Source: Dehalococcoidales bacterium
Lineage (GTDB): Bacteria; Chloroflexota; Dehalococcoidia; Dehalococcoidales; JAQTRN01
Length of the DNA: 26,414 bases
Assembly: GCA_028711795.1 (NCBI GenBank)
Contig: JAQTRN010000001.1
Location: forward strand, 14,080-40,493
Reading direction: 5' to 3'
The first letter of the stretch is position 1. Every line of letters starts with the position of its first letter. The notes under the pieces were generated by a model, which saw nothing but the letters and a program-made list of their open reading frames with translations, did no database searches and was not told the origin of the DNA. A program made the position numbers and the translations under genes. Positions 1 through 7,022 of the stretch are shown in pieces.

Positions 1-20
1 CCGCAGGAGGGGGAGAGTAG

Positions 21-389
21 ATGTTCAAGCTGATTAGTGATGAGCAACAGAAGAAAATTGCTAGCCGGTACATTGGGAAAGAGGGTGCAGCTAAGGGTGG
101 TGCAAAAGCCCAACTCGCCTCCTGTGAGAAAGAGTTTGCCGAGAAGGTAGAGGCTGAACTAACCGAACTACGGGAGTTCAAGAGGCGATTTACTGACCCT
201 AGTTTAAGAGACAGCGCTAGGAAAGCGTCTGATGAATATGTAGAGGCTATCAAGCGGGAAGCCAGGAAAGAACTATTTGACTTTATGAACACTAATTGTG
301 AGCATTTTCATCCTGACCATCAATGGCAATCTTGCCCTTGTCAGCCCTGCTATGAAGCTAAGCTCAAGGAATGGGGGCTGGACAGTTAA
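21..389 (+). CDS. Hypothetical protein with C-terminal Cys/His cluster (CEH..H..C.C..C)
   Basis: RBS AGGAGGGGG upstream of ATG 21; 122 aa; possible Zn-binding C-terminus. Confidence 0.7.
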   Translation: MFKLISDEQQKKIASRYIGKEGAAKGGAKAQLASCEKEFAEKVEAELTELREFKRRFTDPSLRDSARKASDEYVEAIKREARKELFDFMNTNCEHFHPDHQWQSCPCQPCYEAKLKEWGLDS

Positions 390-393
390 GAGA

Positions 394-525
394 ATGGCTA
401 AACAAATCTGCCCCGCCTGTCACGGGACTGGAATACGGATAGACACAACGCACACATCCTACGAGGTTAAGTCTCCTGTTACCATGTGTCCCAAGTGTGA
501 AGGAAAGGGAAAATTAAATGCATGA
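394..525 (+). CDS. Small zinc-finger protein with two CxxCxGxG (DnaJ-type) motifs
   Basis: Start moved from 298 to ATG 394, 4 nt after the upstream stop; MAKQICPACHGTG...CPKCEGKG; 43 aa. Confidence 0.65.
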   Translation: MAKQICPACHGTGIRIDTTHTSYEVKSPVTMCPKCEGKGKLNA

Positions 526-727
526 CAAAATCCAGGCTGAAATGGTCTCTGTTGTGGGGACTGCCCCTGTAGGTACTTGCTGTTGTTGTGACATTTACGA
601 TAGTCACGGGAAGCTAGTTAAGCACGTTGACCAGTATCAGTTGAATAAGTGTCCTTGTGGACATTGGGCTTGCCCTACTCATTTCATAAGGGGGCTGTGC
701 CATGGCTGTTATGTGGAGGGAAAGTGA
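518..727 (+). CDS. Small Cys-rich hypothetical protein
   Basis: Overlaps the previous gene end; upstream GGAAAGGG; CCCC, CPCGHWAC and CHGC motifs; 69 aa. Confidence 0.6.
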   Translation: MHDKIQAEMVSVVGTAPVGTCCCCDIYDSHGKLVKHVDQYQLNKCPCGHWACPTHFIRGLCHGCYVEGK

Positions 728-792
728 AGGACAGCACCGATTACCCCTGGGTTATAAGTGGCAAAGCAATCCGCCAGGTTGGAGGATTTAAG

Positions 793-1164
793 GTGTCAAT
801 TAAAACGCCCGCCATGTCCGAGTCCGCCCTCAAGCTGGGCTGTGAGCAGTATCTTACCTACCTGCAAAACGCCGGAAAGCTCGTCTATATCAGGCTGAAC
901 GCTGGCGACTTCATTCTCCAGGGCAAAGAGGGCGAGTTCAGACGGCGGGTGAAAGGGGCCAGGAAAGGGACGGCTGACCTGCTGGTAATCTACGGGGCGC
1001 AGGGGCTGGCGCAGATAGTTTTCCTTGAGTTAAAGAGCACCAAGGGGAAGCAGTCACCGGAGCAGAAGGGCTTCCAGGCTGAAGTGGAGGCTCACGGGTG
1101 CCGGTACTTTATCGTGAGGAGCCAGGAGGAACTGGAGAAAATACTAGAGGGGGTACCTCAATAA
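793..1164 (+). CDS. VRR-NUC / PD-(D/E)XK family nuclease (Holliday-junction resolvase-like)
   Basis: ESALK...G.ADLLV...FLELKSTKGKQSPEQKGF...GCRYFIVRS match the VRR-NUC pattern. GTG 793 has GGAGG at 781-785; GTG 724 is an alternative in-frame start. Confidence 0.85.
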   Translation: MSIKTPAMSESALKLGCEQYLTYLQNAGKLVYIRLNAGDFILQGKEGEFRRRVKGARKGTADLLVIYGAQGLAQIVFLELKSTKGKQSPEQKGFQAEVEAHGCRYFIVRSQEELEKILEGVPQ

Positions 1165-1175
1165 CTACGCCGAAG

Positions 1176-1337
1176 GTGGCTGTACAGGTGACGGAGCGGG
1201 AGCAGAAGTTGCTGGAGTTCCTGCGAAAATACTGCCAGCAGCTTGCCTATGGCCGGATGTCGGTGGCTATCACCGTCCACGAGGGTGAGCCGGTGGACGT
1301 GGAAATATCAGAGATGAGGCCGAAGAAGAAGCTATGA
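1176..1337 (+). CDS. Small protein resembling the DUF2292/YezD type (start uncertain: 1161, 1176 or 1188)
   Basis: EQKLLEFLR...YGRMSVAITVHEGEPVDVE...KKKL resembles the helix-YG-strand-xG-strand-KxL pattern; recognised by eye only. Confidence 0.5.
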   Translation: MAVQVTEREQKLLEFLRKYCQQLAYGRMSVAITVHEGEPVDVEISEMRPKKKL

Positions 1338-1379
1338 GTATCAAGTTCTAACCTAATTTAAGGCCGACCAGAAACGGAG

Positions 1380-1412
1380 GCCCGTACCCCCGAGATGGGG
1401 GCGGGCTTTTTT
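1380..1412 (+). terminator. Rho-independent terminator
   Basis: GCCCG-TA-CCCCC GAGAT GGGGG-CGGGC followed by TTTTTT. Confidence 0.75.
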
Positions 1413-1429
1413 GTTGGAAAGGAGAAGCG

Positions 1430-1558
1430 ATGCGACGGCTAATCAGGAAACTGCTTTGCTGGCTCGGTAGGCGCGATACCAAGTTTCACTACCACTCTAC
1501 GGGTTGGTGGCGGGAGAGGTGCCGGTGGTGCGGATTCACTAAATACGGAGGGCGCTGA
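1430..1558 (+). CDS. 42-aa protein missing from the ORF track, DUF1660-like Cys motif
   Basis: RBS AAAGGAG; MRRLIRKLLCWLGRRDTKFHYHSTGWWRERCRWCGFTKYGGR; TGATG stop/start overlap with the next gene. Confidence 0.6.
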   Translation: MRRLIRKLLCWLGRRDTKFHYHSTGWWRERCRWCGFTKYGGR

Positions 1559-1767
1559 TGCTGGACGACGATTATCACCTGTCACCCCGGGAGCTGGAGG
1601 CGGCCACCCTGGTAGCCCAGGGGTACGGGCTGAAGGCAGTAGGCCGGCAGATGCGAGTCACCTACTACTCGGCCAAGCATACCCTGGAGCGGGCGAGGAG
1701 GAAGGCGGACGCCCCGACTAACGCTGCCCTCGTCTACCGGCTGATGAGGAAAGGACTGATTCGATGA
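1558..1767 (+). CDS. Stand-alone LuxR/GerE-type helix-turn-helix transcriptional regulator
   Basis: LSPRELEAATLVAQGYGLKAVGRQMRVTYYSAKHTLERARRK...NAALV...KGLI is the LuxR C-terminal HTH pattern; RBS GGAGGG. Confidence 0.85.
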   Translation: MLDDDYHLSPRELEAATLVAQGYGLKAVGRQMRVTYYSAKHTLERARRKADAPTNAALVYRLMRKGLIR

Positions 1768-1970
1768 AGTTGTGGGAGTGCCTCGACGAGGTGGAGCGGG
1801 CTTACCTCGTCAGATACCAACGCAAGTACCATCCGGACGAGCCGATTAACCCGCCGGCAGCAGAAACGCCTCCGGCGCCGGTTATCCCAGTCCACATCGA
1901 TGAGCAGGACTTGGCGGAGCTGCGCAAGGGCAGTCACTACCGGCCGGGGGGTGCAGATGCTGGACTGTAA
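1764..1970 (+). CDS. Hypothetical protein
   Basis: ATGA overlap with the LuxR gene; Pro-rich 68 aa. Confidence 0.55.
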   Translation: MKLWECLDEVERAYLVRYQRKYHPDEPINPPAAETPPAPVIPVHIDEQDLAELRKGSHYRPGGADAGL

Positions 1971-2406
1971 CTCTTGTAGGAACTGGGTGGGCTGTCCCGG
2001 AAAAGAGTATTACGAAATCAGCGAAATCAAGCCCTGCCATAACCAGGCGCTCTTTTGCCTGTCCTTCCTGGACGACTTGCACGAAGGCTCCTACCCGCCA
2101 CCCTCTTCGGGCTACGTTGACCAGACTATGCGGGAGAAGCGAGTACCCAAAGGGGCGTACTGGGAGACGCCTGTAATCCTGGCTGCCGAACTGTCAAAGA
2201 GGCTGGACAAGACAGGGACGGACGGCAAGTTGCTGATACGGGAGATTGAGAACTGCCTATTAAGAGGGATAGACCCGCAGAAACATCATTACGAATCAGA
2301 GAGCTGGACGGCATTGTGCTACGTGGTGGGGGTAGACCAGAAGAAAAGCTCTTATAACCACTGGAAAGCGGCTAGGGAATACCGGAGAAAACAGGTACCG
2401 GCGTGA
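1957..2406 (+). CDS. Hypothetical protein, candidate late-gene regulator/antiterminator by position
   Basis: Start moved to ATG 1957 (GGGGGG upstream); N-terminal CxxC..C..C and basic C-terminus; lies directly before a promoter-terminator unit and the packaging genes. Function inferred from position only. Confidence 0.6.
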   Translation: MLDCNSCRNWVGCPGKEYYEISEIKPCHNQALFCLSFLDDLHEGSYPPPSSGYVDQTMREKRVPKGAYWETPVILAAELSKRLDKTGTDGKLLIREIENCLLRGIDPQKHHYESESWTALCYVVGVDQKKSSYNHWKAAREYRRKQVPA

Positions 2407-2418
2407 CAAATTTGTCAC
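2403..2418. promoter_or_regulatory. Perfect 16-bp palindrome, candidate operator
   Basis: GTGACAAATTTGTCAC equals its own reverse complement; ends 12 nt upstream of a -35 box. Confidence 0.55.
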
Positions 2419-2430
2419 CAGGTGCCTTAC

Positions 2431-2459
2431 TTGACAAACTATTTGAGATGCGGTAGGCT
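2431..2459 (+). promoter_or_regulatory. Sigma70-type promoter (candidate late promoter)
   Basis: TTGACA (2431-2436), 17-nt spacer, TAGGCT (2454-2459). Confidence 0.6.
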
Positions 2460-2483
2460 AAGAAATTAGGGAGAACTACGCCC

Positions 2484-2520
2484 AAGGCCGAGTGAAATAG
2501 CTCGGCCTTTTCTATTTCAC
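2484..2520 (+). terminator. Terminator hairpin with an alternative pairing
   Basis: AAGGCCGAG (2484-2492)/CTCGGCCTT (2501-2509) stem, then a short T-rich tract; 2492-2500 is also complementary to 2512-2520. Confidence 0.65.
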
Positions 2521-2808
2521 CTTCCTCGGTTTATTCCAGTACGGGGAATTGCAGTCGGGGCAGAATCGGGGCATCTCCTGCGTACGCGGTAACCATTTGT
2601 GGCCACAGCGGGTACATTCCAGGGTGTTTTGCAGCCCCTGATTAACGAGCCAGCCCAATGTTTTGCGGTTGACGTCTCCACAATCAACCCCATTTACAGC
2701 TAGCGTTCCAACAAAATCAGGGAACAGGTTGATATAGGTCTGGATAGATTTCAGCCCGTGAATGGGGCGATTGCCTGTTACGTTTAAAACTATATCTGTA
2801 TTAGTCAT
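2512..2808 (-). CDS. Zinc-ribbon protein (CxxCxHxWxPR...CPxCxSPYWN)
   Basis: Start moved to ATG 2808 (RBS AGGAG, 7-nt spacer); C-terminal CTRCGHKWLPRTQEMPRFCPDCNSPYWNKPRK; 98 aa. Confidence 0.75.
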   Translation of the reverse strand: MTNTDIVLNVTGNRPIHGLKSIQTYINLFPDFVGTLAVNGVDCGDVNRKTLGWLVNQGLQNTLECTRCGHKWLPRTQEMPRFCPDCNSPYWNKPRKVK

Positions 2809-2818
2809 CGTAAAACTC

Positions 2819-3229
2819 CTAGTATTCGTCCCAATGCCGAGGGCATAAATCCCGCCCGGCTCCACTATTCCAGGTGGCGTTTGTGCTGCCACATTTGGCG
2901 CAGTGTTTAATCCTGGCCCGCTCCTGCCGGCTCAATTCAATTAGCTTGCCCATAACCTCCTCGAATGTTTTCCCGTGGCGGGCATTGTGTTCCAACCAGT
3001 GTTTTTCGCACATAACCCGTGATCCTGCGGTGCCTGAACAATATACTCGCCTGGAGATTTGGGTGTGTATCCCGTCGTGAATTTCGCATTCAACGCAGGA
3101 ACTCTCCCTCCAGCAGATTTCGTCCCATGATTGCTCTTGTTTCCGGTTAATTTCTATGGCTTTTAATTCAGCTAGGTTCTCAGCCGACTGGTCGACGTCC
3201 TGCGGTATCCGCCCGATTCCGTATCCCAT
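2819..3229 (-). CDS. Cys/His-rich hypothetical protein
   Basis: RBS AGGAGGG; 136 aa with CVEC, CEKH, CAKC and CPRH motifs; directly downstream of a consensus promoter. Confidence 0.7.
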   Translation of the reverse strand: MGYGIGRIPQDVDQSAENLAELKAIEINRKQEQSWDEICWRESSCVECEIHDGIHTQISRRVYCSGTAGSRVMCEKHWLEHNARHGKTFEEVMGKLIELSRQERARIKHCAKCGSTNATWNSGAGRDLCPRHWDEY

Positions 3230-3259
3230 CTCGTTTCCCTCCTATTTCTAACTATCCTT

Positions 3260-3288
3260 ATATTACTATGGTTATATAGGTATGTCAA
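3260..3288 (-). promoter_or_regulatory. Sigma70-type promoter for the antisense two-gene cassette
   Basis: On the - strand: TTGACA (3288-3283), 17 nt, TAATAT (3265-3260); AT-rich context. Confidence 0.75.
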
Positions 3289-3316
3289 TAGGCCAAAATA
3301 CCTAGTTTCTATTTTA

Positions 3317-3466
3317 GCGGGCTGTCCTACCCCCAGCCCGTCGCCCTCCTTTCCGGCTCTGGTATCCCTTACTCTACCCCCTTTCCTGGGGCGGGCTTGA
3401 GTCTACGGATTCGCCCGCCCCAAAGTATTTTAACTTGCCAGTAGGATACCGAATCTGGCGGTTTAA
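3317..3466 (+). other. Structured non-coding leader upstream of terS
   Basis: Hairpin GCGGGCTG/CAGCCCGT (3317-3341); long hairpin 3388-3421 capped by C(TACG)G; GGTATCC (3361-3367) pairs with GGATACC (3444-3450). Confidence 0.45.
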
Positions 3467-3507
3467 GCACTATCTTGTCAACAAAAGGTGCCCAATTAGG
3501 CGGACAA

Positions 3508-4167
3508 ATGAGCGCATTACTCAATCAAAGATGGGAACTGTTTTGCATCAGGCTATGTGAGGGCAGAACCCAAACCGAAGCGGCAATAGTGGCCGGGTAT
3601 AAACCGAGCCGGGCACGTCAAACAGGTGCGCGGCTGGTAACAATTGGTGACATCCAAACCCGCCTTCAAGAACTTCGTCAAAAGGCCGAGGACGCTACGG
3701 TAATGAATGTCCTGGAGCGCAAGCAGCGCCTTACCGAGATAGCCAGGGCGAAGCTAACCGACTTTATGGAACTCGGCCAGGATGGTTCGTGGGTGAACAT
3801 CGGTGCCGAAACACCGAACGGGGGAGCCATCCAAGAGATTCATTCCCGCACCGAGTATGACGATGATGGAGCCCACCCGACAGTCCACACCAGCGTCAAG
3901 CTCCACGACCCGGTGAAGGCCATTGACCTCCTGAACAAGATGGACGGGATTTACAAGGCTGAAGGTGCGGGAAATGAGGGGGAGGCGGTAAAGCAGAATG
4001 TCAACGTCGTTATCATCAACGGGGATGAAGTCGCCCTTGCCGTCATCGAGCTCCTACGATGTGGGGCAATTGGCGGCCTTATTGAAGCAGGTGCGCCTCC
4101 AGTGGACGAAGTACATTCCCCACAAGCCGACACCGAAGCAGCTCGCCTTCCTCTTGCTCAAAAGTGA
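3508..4167 (+). CDS. terS: Terminase small subunit
   Basis: N-terminal HTH (FC..L.EG.TQTEAAIVAGY...ARQTGARL) plus KLHDPVKAIDLL motif of the Terminase_2 type; ATG 3508 preferred over TTG 3475. Confidence 0.9.
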   Translation: MSALLNQRWELFCIRLCEGRTQTEAAIVAGYKPSRARQTGARLVTIGDIQTRLQELRQKAEDATVMNVLERKQRLTEIARAKLTDFMELGQDGSWVNIGAETPNGGAIQEIHSRTEYDDDGAHPTVHTSVKLHDPVKAIDLLNKMDGIYKAEGAGNEGEAVKQNVNVVIINGDEVALAVIELLRCGAIGGLIEAGAPPVDEVHSPQADTEAARLPLAQK

Positions 4168-5374
4168 AGAGGCATTCTACGGAGGCGCTGCCGGCGGGGG
4201 CAAGTCCGACGCCCTGCTCATGGCCGCCCTCCAGTACGTTGACTATCCCGGCTACTCGGCTATCCTATTCCGGCGCACTTACGCCGATCTGTCGCTCCCT
4301 GGGGCGCTCATGGATAGGGCGCGGGAGTGGCTCGCCGAGACCGACGCCCGGTGGAAGGACTCCGAAAAGACCTGGGTATTCCCTTCCGGGGCGACCATCA
4401 CCTTTGGCTACCTGGAGAACGAGCAGGATAAGTTTCGCTACCAGGGCGCCGAGTTCCAGTTCTGTGGATTTGACGAGGCCACCCAGTTCACCGAGACGCA
4501 GTACCGCTATCTCTTTTCCCGGCTCCGGAGACTGGCCGGCAGCGCCATCCCCGTCCGGATGCGGGCGGCCTCCAACCCGGGAGGCGTCGGTCACGACTGG
4601 GTAAAGCAGCGCTTTATCATCGAGGGGGCAGGCGCCGGCCGGCCTTTCATCCCGGCTAAGCTGACCGATAACCCGCACCTCGACCAGGTGCAGTACAACC
4701 GGAGCCTCCAGAACCTTGACCCTATCACCCGTCAGCAGCTCAAAGACGGCGACTGGTCGGCTAGACAAGCGGGTAACAAGTTCAAGCGCGAGTGGTTTGA
4801 GATTGTAGACGCTGCACCTGCCGATTGCCGCAAGGTCAGGCGCTGGGATATGGCAGCGACAGAGGCCAAGCCCGGTAAGGACCCGGATTGGACGGTCGGG
4901 GCGCTGGTAGGGATATCAAAAGCGGGCGTTATCTACATCTTGGACATCAAACGCTTCCGGGGCACACCGGGGGCGAATGAGCAGCTTGTCAAACAAACGG
5001 CCCAATTAGACGGTAGGTCAATCCCCGTTCGTATGGAGCAGGAACCGGGCAGCGCTGGCGTTAAGATGATTGACGACTACCGGAAACGGGTACTGATGGG
5101 TTGGGACTTCCAGGGCGTACCTTCGACGGGGAGTAAGGAAGTCCGGGCCAACCCAGTAGCATCCCAATCCGAGGCGGGTAACGTCAAACTCGTAAGGGGT
5201 ACTTGGATTAACGCCTTCCTAGACGAGGCGGAGGTGTTTCCTTCTGGCGCTCACGATGACCAGGTGGATGCGGTAAGCGCTGCCCTGGCCGACCTGACAG
5301 AGGATGCACCGATTCAAGAGAAAATCATCGTCTACGACTCAATGCCCCTGGTGGGGAACATTGACTTGAGGTAA
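3998..5374 (+). CDS. terL: Terminase large subunit (start uncertain: 3998, 4025 or 4061)
   Basis: Walker A GGAAGGGKS, Walker B FDEATQF, motif RAASNPGG, RNase H-like nuclease residues WDMA..., EQEPGSAG and HDDQVDA. Confidence 0.95.
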   Translation: MSTSLSSTGMKSPLPSSSSYDVGQLAALLKQVRLQWTKYIPHKPTPKQLAFLLLKSEEAFYGGAAGGGKSDALLMAALQYVDYPGYSAILFRRTYADLSLPGALMDRAREWLAETDARWKDSEKTWVFPSGATITFGYLENEQDKFRYQGAEFQFCGFDEATQFTETQYRYLFSRLRRLAGSAIPVRMRAASNPGGVGHDWVKQRFIIEGAGAGRPFIPAKLTDNPHLDQVQYNRSLQNLDPITRQQLKDGDWSARQAGNKFKREWFEIVDAAPADCRKVRRWDMAATEAKPGKDPDWTVGALVGISKAGVIYILDIKRFRGTPGANEQLVKQTAQLDGRSIPVRMEQEPGSAGVKMIDDYRKRVLMGWDFQGVPSTGSKEVRANPVASQSEAGNVKLVRGTWINAFLDEAEVFPSGAHDDQVDAVSAALADLTEDAPIQEKIIVYDSMPLVGNIDLR

Positions 5375-5376
5375 AT

Positions 5377-6834
5377 ATGCTGGAAGAACTACAGCAGTTA
5401 ATCAAAGAGGCAACGGCTTCCGTGGAGGCGCAACTCAGCCTAGAGGACGCTGGGTGGATTAAGCTCGGCGGCACCGGGACGGACGTTCTCACCGGTGCCG
5501 ACCGCATTGAGCAGGTCAAGAGGTCACGTATCTATGCGGCTAAAGACCCGCTTGCGAAACAGGCCCTTCGATTGTGGACTGACTACACCTTCGGAACGGG
5601 GATGTCGTGGCGCACCGACGAAGAATCTGTCAGTAAACTACTATCAACCTACTGGGATTCAAAGGACAACGCCCCGGTTCTTTCTGCCAGGGGCCAACGT
5701 AAGAACTCGGATAAACTTCTCATAGACGGCGAAATCTTCTTTGCCGTGTTCCTGGGTAGTCAAGGTCAGGCCACTATCCGGACGGTTGACCCGATGGAAA
5801 TTACTGAAATCATTACCAACCCGGACGATATCGAGGACGTGAAATACTACAAACGGGAGTGGGCTACCCCGCAAAGCGTTCAGAAAGTCGGATATTACCG
5901 GAGCTTCCGGAACGAAAAGGACGAGGCCACACCGGACTCTACCGGAACCTCCAGGCAGTCCACCGAGGACGCCTTTATTTATCACCTGACCTACAACACC
6001 ACTGGGCAGAGGGGCTTGCCCTTACTGCTTCCCGCGCTGGACTGGATTAAACTCTACCGTCAATTCCTAGCCTCCCGTGTGGCGGTTATGTTAGCTCTAG
6101 CCCGCTTTGCCTGGAAAGCCAAAGTCCAGGGCGGTGCCGCAGCTGTTGCCTCTGCTAAAGCCGTCTACAACGAGCAGACGCCGGCGGCGGGCAGCGTGGC
6201 AATCGAGAACATGGGGGCCGACCTTCAGCCTATCAAGACGGACTCCGGGGCTTCCCAGGCCTACCAAGATGGGCGGATGATTAAGCTCCAGGTTGCGGCG
6301 GCCACCGGCTGGCCCGAGCAGTATTTCGGGGACGTGTCAACGGGCAACCTGGCCACGGCCAAGACAGTTGAACTTCCCGTTAAAAAGATGTGCGAGTCCT
6401 ACCAGGCGGTGTGGGCCGGGGCTTACGACGACATTGACCAGTTCGTCCTTGAGCACAATAACATACCAGAGGACAAGAGATACATTGACAGAGACTTCCC
6501 GGCTATCAGTCCTGAGGACGCCGGCGAGATTGCGGCCAGTATCGCGGCCATTATGCCCTACTTCCCGCAGTTCGCCGAATCCCCGGACGTGTTACAACAG
6601 GCCCTAATGGCGGTTGGCGTTCATGACACCAACGATGCTCTCGAAGCCCTGAGTAAAGTTGCCAAGGAATCTTCCAGTGATGTGAACGTGGAACTTGCCA
6701 AGGCATTAAGACAATTTAGGGAGGTAATAGAGAGTGGCAACGTGTCCGGATTGCGGAGGGTTAAAGTATCGGGAGTTCGAGGCGGGACTGATTCACTGGC
6801 GCTGCCGGAAGTGCAAGGGAACGGGACTAATTGA
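5377..6834 (+). CDS. Portal protein
   Basis: Directly after terL; RBS GAGGT; 485 aa helical protein with portal-like segments (LLIDGEIF, GLPLL, YFGDVSTGNLATA). Confidence 0.88.
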   Translation: MLEELQQLIKEATASVEAQLSLEDAGWIKLGGTGTDVLTGADRIEQVKRSRIYAAKDPLAKQALRLWTDYTFGTGMSWRTDEESVSKLLSTYWDSKDNAPVLSARGQRKNSDKLLIDGEIFFAVFLGSQGQATIRTVDPMEITEIITNPDDIEDVKYYKREWATPQSVQKVGYYRSFRNEKDEATPDSTGTSRQSTEDAFIYHLTYNTTGQRGLPLLLPALDWIKLYRQFLASRVAVMLALARFAWKAKVQGGAAAVASAKAVYNEQTPAAGSVAIENMGADLQPIKTDSGASQAYQDGRMIKLQVAAATGWPEQYFGDVSTGNLATAKTVELPVKKMCESYQAVWAGAYDDIDQFVLEHNNIPEDKRYIDRDFPAISPEDAGEIAASIAAIMPYFPQFAESPDVLQQALMAVGVHDTNDALEALSKVAKESSSDVNVELAKALRQFREVIESGNVSGLRRVKVSGVRGGTDSLALPEVQGNGTN

Positions 6835-6934
6835 ACCTGTTAACAGAACTGGACGAGACCTTGAAGTTGCTGGAGGCGCAGATACCGGGAAGCCTCGCAA
6901 ACCCGCAAAACGCAAAGTTAGAGCGCGGGCTTGA
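6734..6934 (+). CDS. Overprinted zinc-finger protein (CPDCGG...CRKCKGTG)
   Basis: GTG 6734 with strong RBS AGGGAGGT 8 nt upstream; paired Cys motifs and a basic tail; fully overlapped by neighbouring ORFs in the other two frames. Confidence 0.5.
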   Translation: MATCPDCGGLKYREFEAGLIHWRCRKCKGTGLIEPVNRTGRDLEVAGGADTGKPRKPAKRKVRARA

Positions 6935-7022
6935 GAAAACGGTGGCCGAGTATTTCAAAAGGGTGGACGATGCTATGCCCGATTTGTCCGAAATCTACTA
7001 CCGGAACGCGGTGATAGAATGA
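6831..7022 (+). CDS. Small helical hypothetical protein
   Basis: TTG start overlapping the portal stop; ATGA-type junction with the next gene; amphipathic 63 aa. Confidence 0.6.
   Translation: MNLLTELDETLKLLEAQIPGSLANPQNAKLERGLEKTVAEYFKRVDDAMPDLSEIYYRNAVIE

Noticed and set aside
2403-2418. CRP or Rex binding site
   Set aside because: GTGA and TCAC are separated by 8 nt rather than the 6 nt these regulators need. It is kept only as a generic operator candidate.
3380-3430. Possible tRNA (GC-rich stem ending CCCCA)
   Set aside because: It folds as one long hairpin with no cloverleaf, D loop or TTC T-loop.
4164-4604. 146-aa + strand ORF inside terL, and similar off-frame ORFs at 5495, 6293, 12996, 16848 and 23821
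   Set aside because: Pro/Arg/Ser-rich low-information translations with no RBS, inside conserved genes.
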